Shown: positions 19,470 to 29,062, counted from the stretch's first letter. The stretch is 64,000 nucleotides of DNA from Candidatus Muiribacterium halophilum (GCA_023228995.1 JALOAD010000002.1:86245-150244), one strand, 5' to 3'. Made by a program: numbers and translations. Notes: generated by a model not told the origin, from the letters alone.

Positions 19470-20471
19470 ATGTATAAAATTGGTATATATGGAGCTACTG
19501 GTAAAGTTGGTAGTGAGCTTCTAAAAATTATACATATTAGGAAATTTCCATATTCTAAAATCAGACTTTTTGCATCTCAAAAAAGCTCAGGAAAAAAGTT
19601 AATTGAAGATAAAAAAGAGTTTATTATCGAGACTTTTTATAAAGATAGTTTTAAAGAAATTGATATAGCTTTTTTTTGTGTTAGTGGTAAATGGTCGATT
19701 CAAAACAGACAATTTGCTGAAGAATCAGGTTGTATAGTAATTGATAATTCCTCAGCATTTAGACTTTTTGAAAATACACCACTTATAGTTCCTGAAATAA
19801 ATATTGATTCAATAAAAAAAAGCAGATTTATTTCAAATCCTAATTGTACTACACTTATTGCAGCTATACCGTTATGGGTTTTACATAAAAAATACAAGCT
19901 TAAAAAAGTTATAATCTCCACATATCAGGCTGCAAGTGGTGCTGGAAAAGAAGGAATGGATGAACTTTTACAAGCTATTAGTCAATATAGAGAAAATCGT
20001 GTTTTTAAACCTTCTAAATTTCAGTATGATCTTGCATATAATATTATTCCACATATTGATGATTTTGAAATTAATGGATATACAAAAGAAGAGATGAAAG
20101 TTACACTTGAAATCAGAAAAATATTTAATGTTTCAGACCTTTTGATTTCATGTACTGCTGTTAGAATTCCTGTTTTGAGAGCTCATTCAGAGAGTATTAC
20201 CGTTGAAACAGAATTGAAACCTGATATAAATGAAATTAGAGATTTAATAAAAAATACAAATGGTATTGTTTTAAAAGATGATATCAATAATAATATTTAT
20301 CCTATGCCAATTACTTCTTCTGATAATTTTGATGTTGAAGTTGGTAGAATTAGAAAAAGCATTGTGTTTGAAAATGGTATTGATTTTTTTGTAAGTGGGG
20401 ATCAGCTTCTTAAAGGAGCTGCACTCAATGCATTACAGATTGCTGAGAAAATGGTTGAAAGAACAGTATGA
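19470..20471 (+). CDS. asd: Aspartate-semialdehyde dehydrogenase
   Basis: GATGKVG NAD(P) motif, active-site 'SNPNCTT' and 'YQAASGAG'. GGAGG RBS. Confidence 0.9.
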   Translation: MYKIGIYGATGKVGSELLKIIHIRKFPYSKIRLFASQKSSGKKLIEDKKEFIIETFYKDSFKEIDIAFFCVSGKWSIQNRQFAEESGCIVIDNSSAFRLFENTPLIVPEINIDSIKKSRFISNPNCTTLIAAIPLWVLHKKYKLKKVIISTYQAASGAGKEGMDELLQAISQYRENRVFKPSKFQYDLAYNIIPHIDDFEINGYTKEEMKVTLEIRKIFNVSDLLISCTAVRIPVLRAHSESITVETELKPDINEIRDLIKNTNGIVLKDDINNNIYPMPITSSDNFDVEVGRIRKSIVFENGIDFFVSGDQLLKGAALNALQIAEKMVERTV

Positions 20472-20678
20472 AAGCGTTATGTGAAGCGTATAAGGGCGGT
20501 ATAAAAGAGTGAAAGAGTGAAGGTCAAAAGCTTTAAATCTATTTCACCAATTCACATTTGTTTTTGTATGATTAAATAAGTTTTAGCAGTTCTAATTAGA
20601 CTGCTTTAGCAGTCGCTAATTGTCACAAAGTGACGTTAATTTATAATAAAAGTTTTACTAAATCTTATAGGAGCTTTT

Positions 20679-21482
20679 ATGGATTTTATAAAAATGCAAG
20701 GAACTGGTAATGATTATATTTTTATTGATAATACTGATAAAATTATTGTTTCAGGTCAGCCTGAACTTGCAAAAAGACTTTCAAATAGAAATTATGGAAT
20801 TGGTGGAGATGGAATTGTATTAATTTCAAAAGATGATAATGGAATTTTTTGGATGAATATGTGGAATTTAGATGGTTCTGAAGGTAAAATGTGTGGTAAT
20901 GCTATAAGATGTGTTGCAAAATATCTTTATGAAAATAATATGGTAAATGGACTGAATTTTGTTATACAAACTTTATCAGGTCCAAAAGACATACTTATAA
21001 GAGCTCGTAATAATGAGGTTTATTCGGTTTGTGTTAATATGGGTAAACCTTATTGGGAAACTGAAAAAAATTTACGAATTAAAATTGAAAACCAAGATTT
21101 TAGCCTTAATTGTGTTTCAATTGGCAATCCACATTGTGTTATTTTCACTTCTGAAATCTTTAATAAAGATAAAGTTGAATATTATGGCAAAAAAATTCAA
21201 GAAATGGATATTTTCCCAAATGGTGTTAATGTTGAATTTGTAAAAAAGATAAATGAGGACATTTTGAATGTTCAAGTTTTTGAAAGAGGCTCAGGTTATA
21301 CTTTAAGTTGTGGTACTGGAGCATGTGCTTCAGCAGCAGTTTTTTTTAAACAGTATGAAGGTTCAAATCCTTTAAAAGTTATTCTTGCAGGAGGAGATCT
21401 TTTTATCAAACAAGAAAAAAACCAAGACATAATATTAGAAGGTGATTGTGTTGAAGTTTTCAAAGGAAAAATAAAAATATAA
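20679..21482 (+). CDS. dapF: Diaminopimelate epimerase
   Basis: 'MQGTGNDYIFID', the 'GNPHCVIF' catalytic Cys motif, and the 'SCGTGACASA' second catalytic Cys motif. GGAG RBS. Confidence 0.9.
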   Translation: MDFIKMQGTGNDYIFIDNTDKIIVSGQPELAKRLSNRNYGIGGDGIVLISKDDNGIFWMNMWNLDGSEGKMCGNAIRCVAKYLYENNMVNGLNFVIQTLSGPKDILIRARNNEVYSVCVNMGKPYWETEKNLRIKIENQDFSLNCVSIGNPHCVIFTSEIFNKDKVEYYGKKIQEMDIFPNGVNVEFVKKINEDILNVQVFERGSGYTLSCGTGACASAAVFFKQYEGSNPLKVILAGGDLFIKQEKNQDIILEGDCVEVFKGKIKI

Positions 21483-21546
21483 CAAAAAAATAACATAAAA
21501 CAACCAAAATATAACAAAATAAAAATATATTAAAATAGGAGATAAT

Positions 21547-23925
21547 ATGAAAAGGTTTTTTTTAACAGTAGTTTTATTTTTAAGTGTAATATTAAGTTTT
21601 TCAGCAGGCTATATGGAACCTATTCCTGAAATAGTTGAAATGGTTAAAAAACAACCTGAACCTGTATTTGTTACCAAAGTAAGTTCAGGAATGTATGTTG
21701 AAGCATATTATAATGCTTTGCCTGATATATCAGATCTTGCCAAAAAAAGCGAAAAAATTGCAGGAGTAAGATTAGATCCTTCAAATTTTCAAAAAGAAGA
21801 AAATACTTTTTACACAGCTTTTAAATTTTATTCAAAAGATAGAAAAGAAATTAAAATATCAGGAATACCTCAAGATATTAAAATAATTGATTATGAATTT
21901 GAATATACTAGTAAATATTTTTCATTTACCGTAAAAAGAGAAAATACAACAGAATTATGGATTATAGATTTTGAAAAGAAAAAAGCTGAGAGAATTACTT
22001 CAAATATAAATACTGTATTTACTAATGGTATGAAATGGGTTAAAAATTCTCCTGATGAAATTATTGTTGCTTTATCAGCAAATGCAGCAAAAAAAACTCC
22101 TGAAATGACAGTGGATTCAATTGAACCAGTTATACAGGAATCTTTTGGAAAAGAATCAAAAGTTAGAACTTATCAGGATTTATTAAAAAATAATTATGAC
22201 GAAAAACTTTTTGAACATTATTTTACAACAATATTATGTAAAATAAATCTTAAAACTGGTAAAAAAGATTATATAACAAAACCAGGAATTTATTATATGG
22301 ATTCAAGTTCTCCTGATGGTAATTATATTTTAGCAACAGAGTATAAAAAACCTTTTTCATATACAGTGCCTTTTTATTATTTTAATCGTGATTCAATATT
22401 AATTGATTTAAAAACAAGTGAAAAAATAATACTTGAATCACATAAAACAACAGACTCAGTACCAATTGGAGGTGTGTTTACAGGAAGAAGATATTTTGAT
22501 TGGGTTCCATATTATCCTTCAACACTTATTTATGCTGAAGCACTTGATGGAGGAGATCCTGAAAACGAAGTTCCATTTAGAGATAGTATTAAAGTAATGG
22601 AAAAACCTTTTAAAACAGGAAAAGAAGTATTAAAACTTAAAGATAGATATTATGGATTAAGTTTTTTAATGGATAAAAAAGGTGAGGGTTTTATAACAGA
22701 ATATGAATGGAAAAAAAGATGGATAAAAACTTATCATATTGATATTGAAAAAAACAATGCAATTATAAAAAAAGTTGAAGATCTTAGTGTAAATGATGAA
22801 TATAATTCAATTGGAACTTTTTGTGAACACAGAGATAAAACTGGTAATAAAGTCGTTATATTAAAAGATGGATATATATATTCATCAGCAAAAGGTGCAA
22901 GCAAAGATGGATATTTCCCAGTTTTATACAAAATATCTTTAAATGATTTTACAAAATCAGAAGTTTTCAGATCTTCTAATGATAAATACGAAAGATTTTT
23001 ATGTTTTACAGATGAAACTTTTACAAAAATTCTTATAAAAAGCGAGTCAAGTACTGAATATCCAAATTATTATGAATATAATCCAATTAAAAATTCCAAA
23101 AAACAAGTTTCATTTTTTGAAAATCCATTTAAAGTATTTGAAAATGTAAAAAAAGAAATTGTTAAATACAAAAGAGAAGATGGAATTGAACTTTCAGGAA
23201 CTCTTTATTATCCACCAAATTATAAGAAAGGACAAAAAGTACCTTGTGTACTTCATTCTTATCCACTTGAATATACAGGAAAAAACACAGCTTCACAGGT
23301 AAGAGGAAGCAGTAATACATTTACAAAAATTTCTTATATGTCAGAACTTTTCTTCTTATTACAAGGAATAGCAGTATTTAAAGATGCACAATTCCCAATA
23401 GTTGGAGATCCTAAAACAATGAATGATACTTTTGTATCTCAGCTTAAAATGAATGCTCAGGCAGCAATAGATGCTCTTAAAAACACAAATTCTATCGATA
23501 CTGAAAAAATGGCTTGTATCGGTCATTCTTATGGAGCTTTCATGGTTGCAAATCTACTTATACATACAGATCTTTTTGTAACTGGAATTGCTCAGAGTGG
23601 TGCTTATAACCGAACATTGACTCCATTTGGGTTTCAGAGTGAAAGAAGAACTTTTTGGGAAGCTCCTTCAATATATATGGAAGTATCCCCATTTGCACAT
23701 GCTGATAAAATAAACGAACCAATACTTATAATTCATGGTGAACAGGATAATAATCCAGGAACTTATCCTTTACAGTCAGAGAGATTATTTTCCGCAATAA
23801 AAGGAAATGGTGGTCAGGTAAGATATCTTGTATTACCATATGAATCCCATGGATATAGAGCAAGTGAGAGCATACTACATTTATTATGGGAAAGATACAA
23901 CTGGGTTGAAAAATATCTAAAATAA
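21547..23925 (+). CDS. S9-family serine peptidase (prolyl oligopeptidase/dipeptidyl-aminopeptidase-like), secreted
   Basis: Signal peptide, then a long beta-propeller-like N-terminal region. The C-terminal alpha/beta hydrolase carries the GHSYGAF (GxSxG) motif, a downstream D (IIHGEQDNN) and H (YESHGY). Confidence 0.85.
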   Translation: MKRFFLTVVLFLSVILSFSAGYMEPIPEIVEMVKKQPEPVFVTKVSSGMYVEAYYNALPDISDLAKKSEKIAGVRLDPSNFQKEENTFYTAFKFYSKDRKEIKISGIPQDIKIIDYEFEYTSKYFSFTVKRENTTELWIIDFEKKKAERITSNINTVFTNGMKWVKNSPDEIIVALSANAAKKTPEMTVDSIEPVIQESFGKESKVRTYQDLLKNNYDEKLFEHYFTTILCKINLKTGKKDYITKPGIYYMDSSSPDGNYILATEYKKPFSYTVPFYYFNRDSILIDLKTSEKIILESHKTTDSVPIGGVFTGRRYFDWVPYYPSTLIYAEALDGGDPENEVPFRDSIKVMEKPFKTGKEVLKLKDRYYGLSFLMDKKGEGFITEYEWKKRWIKTYHIDIEKNNAIIKKVEDLSVNDEYNSIGTFCEHRDKTGNKVVILKDGYIYSSAKGASKDGYFPVLYKISLNDFTKSEVFRSSNDKYERFLCFTDETFTKILIKSESSTEYPNYYEYNPIKNSKKQVSFFENPFKVFENVKKEIVKYKREDGIELSGTLYYPPNYKKGQKVPCVLHSYPLEYTGKNTASQVRGSSNTFTKISYMSELFFLLQGIAVFKDAQFPIVGDPKTMNDTFVSQLKMNAQAAIDALKNTNSIDTEKMACIGHSYGAFMVANLLIHTDLFVTGIAQSGAYNRTLTPFGFQSERRTFWEAPSIYMEVSPFAHADKINEPILIIHGEQDNNPGTYPLQSERLFSAIKGNGGQVRYLVLPYESHGYRASESILHLLWERYNWVEKYLK

Positions 23926-23942
23926 AATATAAGGAGAGTATA

Positions 23943-24314
23943 TTGATTTCTTTGATAGGTAATATTATATGGATTATATTTGGTGGAATATTTATTTTTA
24001 CTGAATATATATTTACAGGAATAGTTTTATGTTTAACAATTATAGGAATACCATTTGGAATACAATTATTTAAACTTGGAATGTTATCGCTTTTTCCATT
24101 TGGAAAAGAAATAAAAACTAAAGAGAATTATTCAGGAGCATTGTCGATATTATTGAATATAACATGGATTTTACTGGGTGGTATATGGATTTCAATAACA
24201 CATATATTATTTGCAGCATTTTTTGCAATAACAATAATAGGAATACCGTTTGCATTACAACATTTTAAGTTAGCTGCTCTTGCATTAACTCCATTTGGGA
24301 AAGAGATTAAATGA
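23943..24314 (+). CDS. YccF/DUF307-like inner membrane protein
   Basis: Two tandem copies of a ~55-aa module 'W(I/I)(I/L)FGGI(F/W)I...IIGIPF(G/A)(I/L)Q(L/H)FKL...LFPFGKEIK', typical of the YccF family. Confidence 0.65.
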   Translation: MISLIGNIIWIIFGGIFIFTEYIFTGIVLCLTIIGIPFGIQLFKLGMLSLFPFGKEIKTKENYSGALSILLNITWILLGGIWISITHILFAAFFAITIIGIPFALQHFKLAALALTPFGKEIK

Positions 24315-24416
24315 AAATTAACGGGGTTTATTAGTTTGTAACGAATTGTAACTTTATCACTCCTTTTTTCTATGTTAGAATAATATTAATAAAGAAAAAA
24401 GGAGGATACGCAAACA

Positions 24417-24659
24417 ATGAAAAAATCACTTTTCTTCCTTACATTAATAATATTTGTTTTTAGCACATGGTCAAACACATCTATAAATTCTAATAATTAC
24501 TTAAATGATAAAGGGGATTTAGATACTTTACCACCGCTAGTAACACCTTCAACTGGAGGAGATCTTGATAATATTCCGCCACTTGTTAATCCAATTGATA
24601 ATGAAGATGGTGATGGATTAGATGATCTTATACCGTTGAATACCCCAAAACGCTCATAA
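24417..24659 (+). CDS. Small secreted repeat protein (80 aa)
   Basis: Signal peptide followed by two copies of GDLD-x-(L/I)PPLV-x-P and an acidic DGDGLDDLIPL tail. AGGAGGA RBS. Confidence 0.4.
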   Translation: MKKSLFFLTLIIFVFSTWSNTSINSNNYLNDKGDLDTLPPLVTPSTGGDLDNIPPLVNPIDNEDGDGLDDLIPLNTPKRS

Positions 24660-24862
24660 ACTTTTTTCTATTTGAGTCTTCTGAACCTTCGTTCACTTAT
24701 AATACATCCGTATATTATATGCTTCGCAATGTTCACTCAAGTTACCGAGTAGATTTTTTTTTGCTTTTGTTTATAAAAACTCCTTCATACTTTATTTTAA
24801 TTGAAAATTTTCTAACGCCTCTAAAAATTCGACATTCAACATTGGACATTGCAAATTAAAAA

Positions 24863-24900
24863 TCTGTCATCCGGGTATGATTCTGAACCGGAATCTGTTT
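24863..24900 (+). repeat. Solo unit of the 27-bp repeat family with terminal hairpin/T-run
   Basis: TGTCATCCGGGTATGATTCTGAACCGGAATCTGTTTTTT. Confidence 0.6.
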
Positions 24901-25115
24901 TTTAATTTTAAGTTATTTGCTATTTGATGAGTTTTTATTGTATCAGAAGTATAAAATGTTGCCAAAACCCTAAAAGATAGTTCTTAATTTTCTAATATAA
25001 TATTAAATTCAAATAAGTAAATTTGTTATTTCAGTGAATTTGTTATTTCATTGGTATAAGCTTTATCTTTTGTTTATGCACAGTATACACAACTTCCGAT
25101 AATATACATTATGTT

Positions 25116-25450
25116 AACTTGTGGATAAGTATTTAAATTCCTAAAAAGAATATATTCCCTTGTATTTTATATATCATTAGATAAATCAAACTACCTCAAG
25201 TTAGACATAATGTTGGGGTCAGCGCCGGGTGTTGATTATAGTTTTAAGTTTTTACGATTTTCGGCATGACCCCACGGTTTAACTTGTGGATAAGTATTTA
25301 AATTCCTAAAAAGAATATATTCCCTTGTATTTTATATATCATTAGATAAATCAAACTACCTCAAGTTAGACATAATGTTGGGGTCAGCGCCGGGTGTTGA
25401 TTATTGTTTTAAGTTTTTACGATTTTCGGCATGACCCCACGGTTTAACTT
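25116..25450 (+). repeat. Perfect-looking tandem duplication of a 165-bp unit with internal stem-loop (GGGGTCAGCGCCGG...CCGGCATGACCCC)
   Basis: The unit starting 'AACTTGTGGATAAGTATTTAAATTCC' recurs at 25116 and 25281, and a partial third copy starts at 25446. Each unit carries an imperfect ~12-bp stem with a ~38-nt loop. Confidence 0.8.
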
Positions 25451-25553
25451 GGCATAAACTACTAAAAAGTAAATTCTTCTTTTTGCTTTTTTATAATTAT
25501 TTAGCTATAATTAGTATAAGTACTAAATAAAAATCATTCTCAAGGAGTTATTT

Positions 25554-26453
25554 ATGAGATTATATAATTATGAAGAGATATACCCGCTCTCAAAAGCTGA
25601 AATAATTAATCTCCTTGATACTTTGGAGTATATTCCAACTTTACCAGACATTGTAAGTAAACTTTTAACAGAAATTAACAAAAAAGATTTTTCCATATTA
25701 AAAATGAGTTCTATTATTGAAAAAGACCCAGCTATTTCATTGAAAGTATTAAAAACTGCCAATACTTGTTTTTACCGAGCTATTTCTAGTATTACTTCAA
25801 TCGATAAAGCAATTATGCGAATTGGTAATGAAGAAATTAAAAATATTGTAATTGGTATTACTGCTTTAAATAGTTTTGAAAAGCTTAAAAAAGAAAAATT
25901 AGATCTTTCTGACATTTGGAAGCATTCCCTAGCTGTTGGTTATTTAAATACAATAATAGGTGAGGTTTCTGGAGTTAAAGATGAAGATTTATGGCTTTGT
26001 GGACTTTTTCATAATATTGGTAAAATTATATATGCCTCTTTAATGCCTGAAGTACTTGAAGTTATTTTAAAAGAAGTTCAAACAAGAGGACTTCCCTTTC
26101 ATTCTATTGAAAAAGAACTATTAGACTTTAATCACAATGATGTTGGTGTTTGGCTTATGAAAAAATGGAATATACCTATTAAATTCCAGCAAGTGGTTAA
26201 TAATTATATTGAACCTCCAGAAAACGAATTTAAATTTGGTCATAACACTAAAATTATTGCAATTACTCATATTTCAAATGCTATTGTTAAATTATCCAAA
26301 ATAGGTAATAGTAATGATATTGTTACTGGAATAAACGCTAATGTATGGAATTACATTGACAAAAGTTGTATTGATCAGGAAGAATTGTTATATAGAATAT
26401 CTAATCTTAAAGATGAGGTTAATTATTTATTTAATACTTTTATATCTAATTGA
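25554..26453 (+). CDS. HDOD-domain signalling protein
   Basis: The HDOD core '...ISLKVLKTANTCFYRA...IDKAIMRIGNEEIKN...LWKHSLAVG...GLFHNIGKII' is present. GGAG RBS. Confidence 0.75.
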   Translation: MRLYNYEEIYPLSKAEIINLLDTLEYIPTLPDIVSKLLTEINKKDFSILKMSSIIEKDPAISLKVLKTANTCFYRAISSITSIDKAIMRIGNEEIKNIVIGITALNSFEKLKKEKLDLSDIWKHSLAVGYLNTIIGEVSGVKDEDLWLCGLFHNIGKIIYASLMPEVLEVILKEVQTRGLPFHSIEKELLDFNHNDVGVWLMKKWNIPIKFQQVVNNYIEPPENEFKFGHNTKIIAITHISNAIVKLSKIGNSNDIVTGINANVWNYIDKSCIDQEELLYRISNLKDEVNYLFNTFISN

Positions 26454-26487
26454 ATTCTCTGAATTAACTAACACATATAAAAATTAA

Positions 26488-26660
26488 GAACAGATCCCGG
26501 CTCAGAAGCATACCGGGATGACAAAAATTCAAAATAGTGCCAGGATGACAAAAATTCAAAATAGTGCCAGGATGATAAAAATTCAGAAGCATACCGAGAT
26601 GACAAAAATTCAGAACCATACCAGGATGACAAAAATTCAAAATAGTACTGGGATGACATT
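26488..26660 (-). repeat. 27-bp tandem repeat array (~6 copies, minus orientation)
   Basis: Units of TTCA(G/A)AA(GC/TA)(A/G)T(A/G)C(C/T)(G/A)GGATGACAAAAA, preceded by CAGATCCCGGCTCAGAAG, which is the reverse complement of the hairpin end seen at 16569-16590. Confidence 0.8.
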
Positions 26661-26724
26661 TTTTTATATGAAATTTAATTTGAGATGAAATTATATTGAT
26701 TTTTGTTAATTTAATCAGAAGACT

Positions 26725-27033
26725 CAATTACGAAAACTCGTTAGAAGTTTTTCTAATTAATGGATTCAATATTTTAAATAATTATACAATTCAAAACAAT
26801 TGATATCTTGGTACCAGTTGAAAATTTACATAGTATAAATTTTCTCCTTACATGTTCAGCTTTAAATTACCTCCATGTAATTTCCTTAAGATTTTCTAAT
26901 GTATCTTAGTTATTTATAATTTTATTCTTTTTAACTTTGAATTTCTTTTTTGTATACTTATTGAAAATCTTAAGACAGCTTCCATAATTACGCTCGATAT
27001 CAATTTTTTGAATCTATATGTAAAATCTAATTC
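26725..27033. repeat. Right arm of ~309-bp inverted repeat (partner 16774-17082)
   Basis: Reverse complement of 16774-17082, flanked on both sides by 27-bp arrays. Confidence 0.8.
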
Positions 27034-27050
27034 AAAAAAAAATCAAAAAC

Positions 27051-27247
27051 GAGATCCCGGCTCAGAAGCATACCGGGATGACAAAAATTCAAAATAGTGC
27101 CAGGATGATAAAAATTCAGAAGCATACCGAGATGACAAAAATTCAGAAGCATACCGGGATGACAAAAATTCAAAATAGTGCCAGGATGATAAAAATTCAG
27201 AAGCATACCGAGATGACAAAAATTCAGAATGATACCGGGATGACATT
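27051..27247 (-). repeat. 27-bp tandem repeat array (~7 copies, minus orientation)
   Basis: Same unit family as 26488-26660, beginning with GAGATCCCGGCTCAGAAG. Confidence 0.8.
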
Positions 27248-27305
27248 ATATTGATTTTTTTTATTTAATCAGAGGTTTCAATTAAACCTTCTTTAAATGT
27301 TATTA

Positions 27306-27911
27306 TTAAAAGAAATAAAATAAAGCAGATTGTATAATTCCTATTAAAAACCCTAATACACCTCCAATTATTTCAATAAATCTGAATTCTTTTTTCATAA
27401 TTGTAAATAAAATATCTTCTAATTTATCAAATGATAATTCTTCAACTTTTTTCTTCACAAGATCTTTGGTGTTAAGAGTGCTTTCAACCTGAAACTTTAT
27501 AGTTTCTATTATTTCAGGGAGAAATTTTTCAAATTCAACACCTACAAGGTATTTAATTTTGTTTATAACTTCTTGATTTAAAAACATTGGCAACATTGGG
27601 TTTATATCAATAGCTTTATCTTTTATAAATTTCACAAAATAATCTTCAACAAGATTTTTAATTTTATCATGAAATTCTTGATTATCTACTACATTATTAA
27701 AATCATTATGTGATATAAGTTCTTTTTGAATAACTTCACCAAGATTTTCTGCAAGTTCTTTTTGTCTTTTAGGAAATATTCCTTGAATTGAAATAATTCC
27801 AAGATTTATTTTTTTTCTTGGGTGGAAAAGCATTTTAACAGCTATATAATTTGTAACCCAGCCAATAAAACAAGAAATAACAGGTGCAGCTAAAAATTTC
27901 CAATGTATCAT
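27306..27911 (-). CDS. DUF445-family membrane protein
   Basis: N-terminal motif 'IGWVTNYIAVKMLFHPRK' and a C-terminal TM segment 'IIGGVLGFLIGIIQSALF'. Confidence 0.5.
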   Translation of the reverse strand: MIHWKFLAAPVISCFIGWVTNYIAVKMLFHPRKKINLGIISIQGIFPKRQKELAENLGEVIQKELISHNDFNNVVDNQEFHDKIKNLVEDYFVKFIKDKAIDINPMLPMFLNQEVINKIKYLVGVEFEKFLPEIIETIKFQVESTLNTKDLVKKKVEELSFDKLEDILFTIMKKEFRFIEIIGGVLGFLIGIIQSALFYFF

Positions 27912-28020
27912 AAAATAACTCCTAAATAATTTGTATAATTTAAAACGATTTTACAAAGAAAATATAATAATGTCAATGGAATGAGTTGATGTATTAACGG
28001 CAATTATAAAAATCAAATAA

Positions 28021-28056
28021 AACAGACCCCGGCTCAGAAGCATACCGGGATGACAG
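28021..28056 (-). repeat. Solo unit of the 27-bp repeat family
   Basis: CAGACCCCGGCTCAGAAGCATACCGGGATGACAG. Confidence 0.55.
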
Positions 28057-28134
28057 AAGCTTTAGAATCCATATTATTATAATGATGCTTTAGAACCATT
28101 ATTGAACATTTGGTCCGATAAATTAAAACTTTTT

Positions 28135-28815
28135 TTATTTTATGTATTTCTTGTAAAACGGACAATCAGTTACTTTATCTTTGCAAAAACCCTTAGTTTT
28201 GCATGTAGGACCAGCATATTCAAAAATTATAGGAGAAATATCAGATAAAATTTCATACATCTTATAAGCTATAATTCTAATCTCATCCTGAGCTCTCTGA
28301 CACATTCTTAGCTCTAAAAAATGAAATAATTCTCTAACATTCATAGTAACAATAATGTTTGATGCAGTTGATGATGGCAATACATATCTAGCATCTTCTT
28401 TATCAATACCAATTTCAATTAATTTATCATAAGCTTTTTTAGTTTTAGTCATTATATCTTTATATATTTCAAGTGCTTCTGAGTTGGCTTTTATAAAAAC
28501 TGGTGTGTAATAATCTAATTCACCTTTAATTCTTACATATCTTTGGGATTGTTGTGCAAATGAAGCAACTCTGTGTCTTACAAGTTGATGAGTACAAACT
28601 CTTGAAACTCCGTCTATGCCAAAAGTGAATATTGCATGTTCTAAAACTGCATGATGTCCTCTTTCTATAACGGTTTTTATAAGTCTTTCAATTGTTTTCT
28701 GATCTAGCTTTTCTTCTAATTCTGAAACTGTTAGTGCTGAATAACACAATCTTGCAGCAATAGCTATTTTTTTTTCCGGTTCTGAAGTGTTTTGTAATAA
28801 GGTGACATTTAGCAT
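28135..28815 (-). CDS. thyX: Flavin-dependent thymidylate synthase
   Basis: ThyX signature 'HQLVRHRVASFAQQSQRYV' (RHRxxSxxxxSxR) and the conserved GHHAVLEH region. Confidence 0.85.
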   Translation of the reverse strand: MLNVTLLQNTSEPEKKIAIAARLCYSALTVSELEEKLDQKTIERLIKTVIERGHHAVLEHAIFTFGIDGVSRVCTHQLVRHRVASFAQQSQRYVRIKGELDYYTPVFIKANSEALEIYKDIMTKTKKAYDKLIEIGIDKEDARYVLPSSTASNIIVTMNVRELFHFLELRMCQRAQDEIRIIAYKMYEILSDISPIIFEYAGPTCKTKGFCKDKVTDCPFYKKYIK

Positions 28816-29062
28816 TTAATGTTCTCTCCCCTATTTTTTTATTAAATATATCAGATTCATGAAAATTAAACAAAAAAAATTATATACATTATAAAAATTA
28901 TAAAATTAAAATAAAAATTTATTTGTATATTTGTACAAATAGGCAAATAAATGAAAAAAACCTGCTTTCAAATTAGTATTAAAACAATTGCAGAAATGTT
29001 TTTAATAATTCAAATAAAACAATTATAGAGCCAAAAAAATAAAGTACAAAAATAAAAAATGT

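Noticed and set aside
26488-27247. Possible CRISPR array, because of regularly spaced ~27-bp repeats
   Set aside because: The repeats are directly contiguous (period 27 bp) with no intervening unique spacers, there are no cas genes, and the units show point-variant tandem-satellite behaviour. This is a VNTR/REP-type array, not CRISPR.
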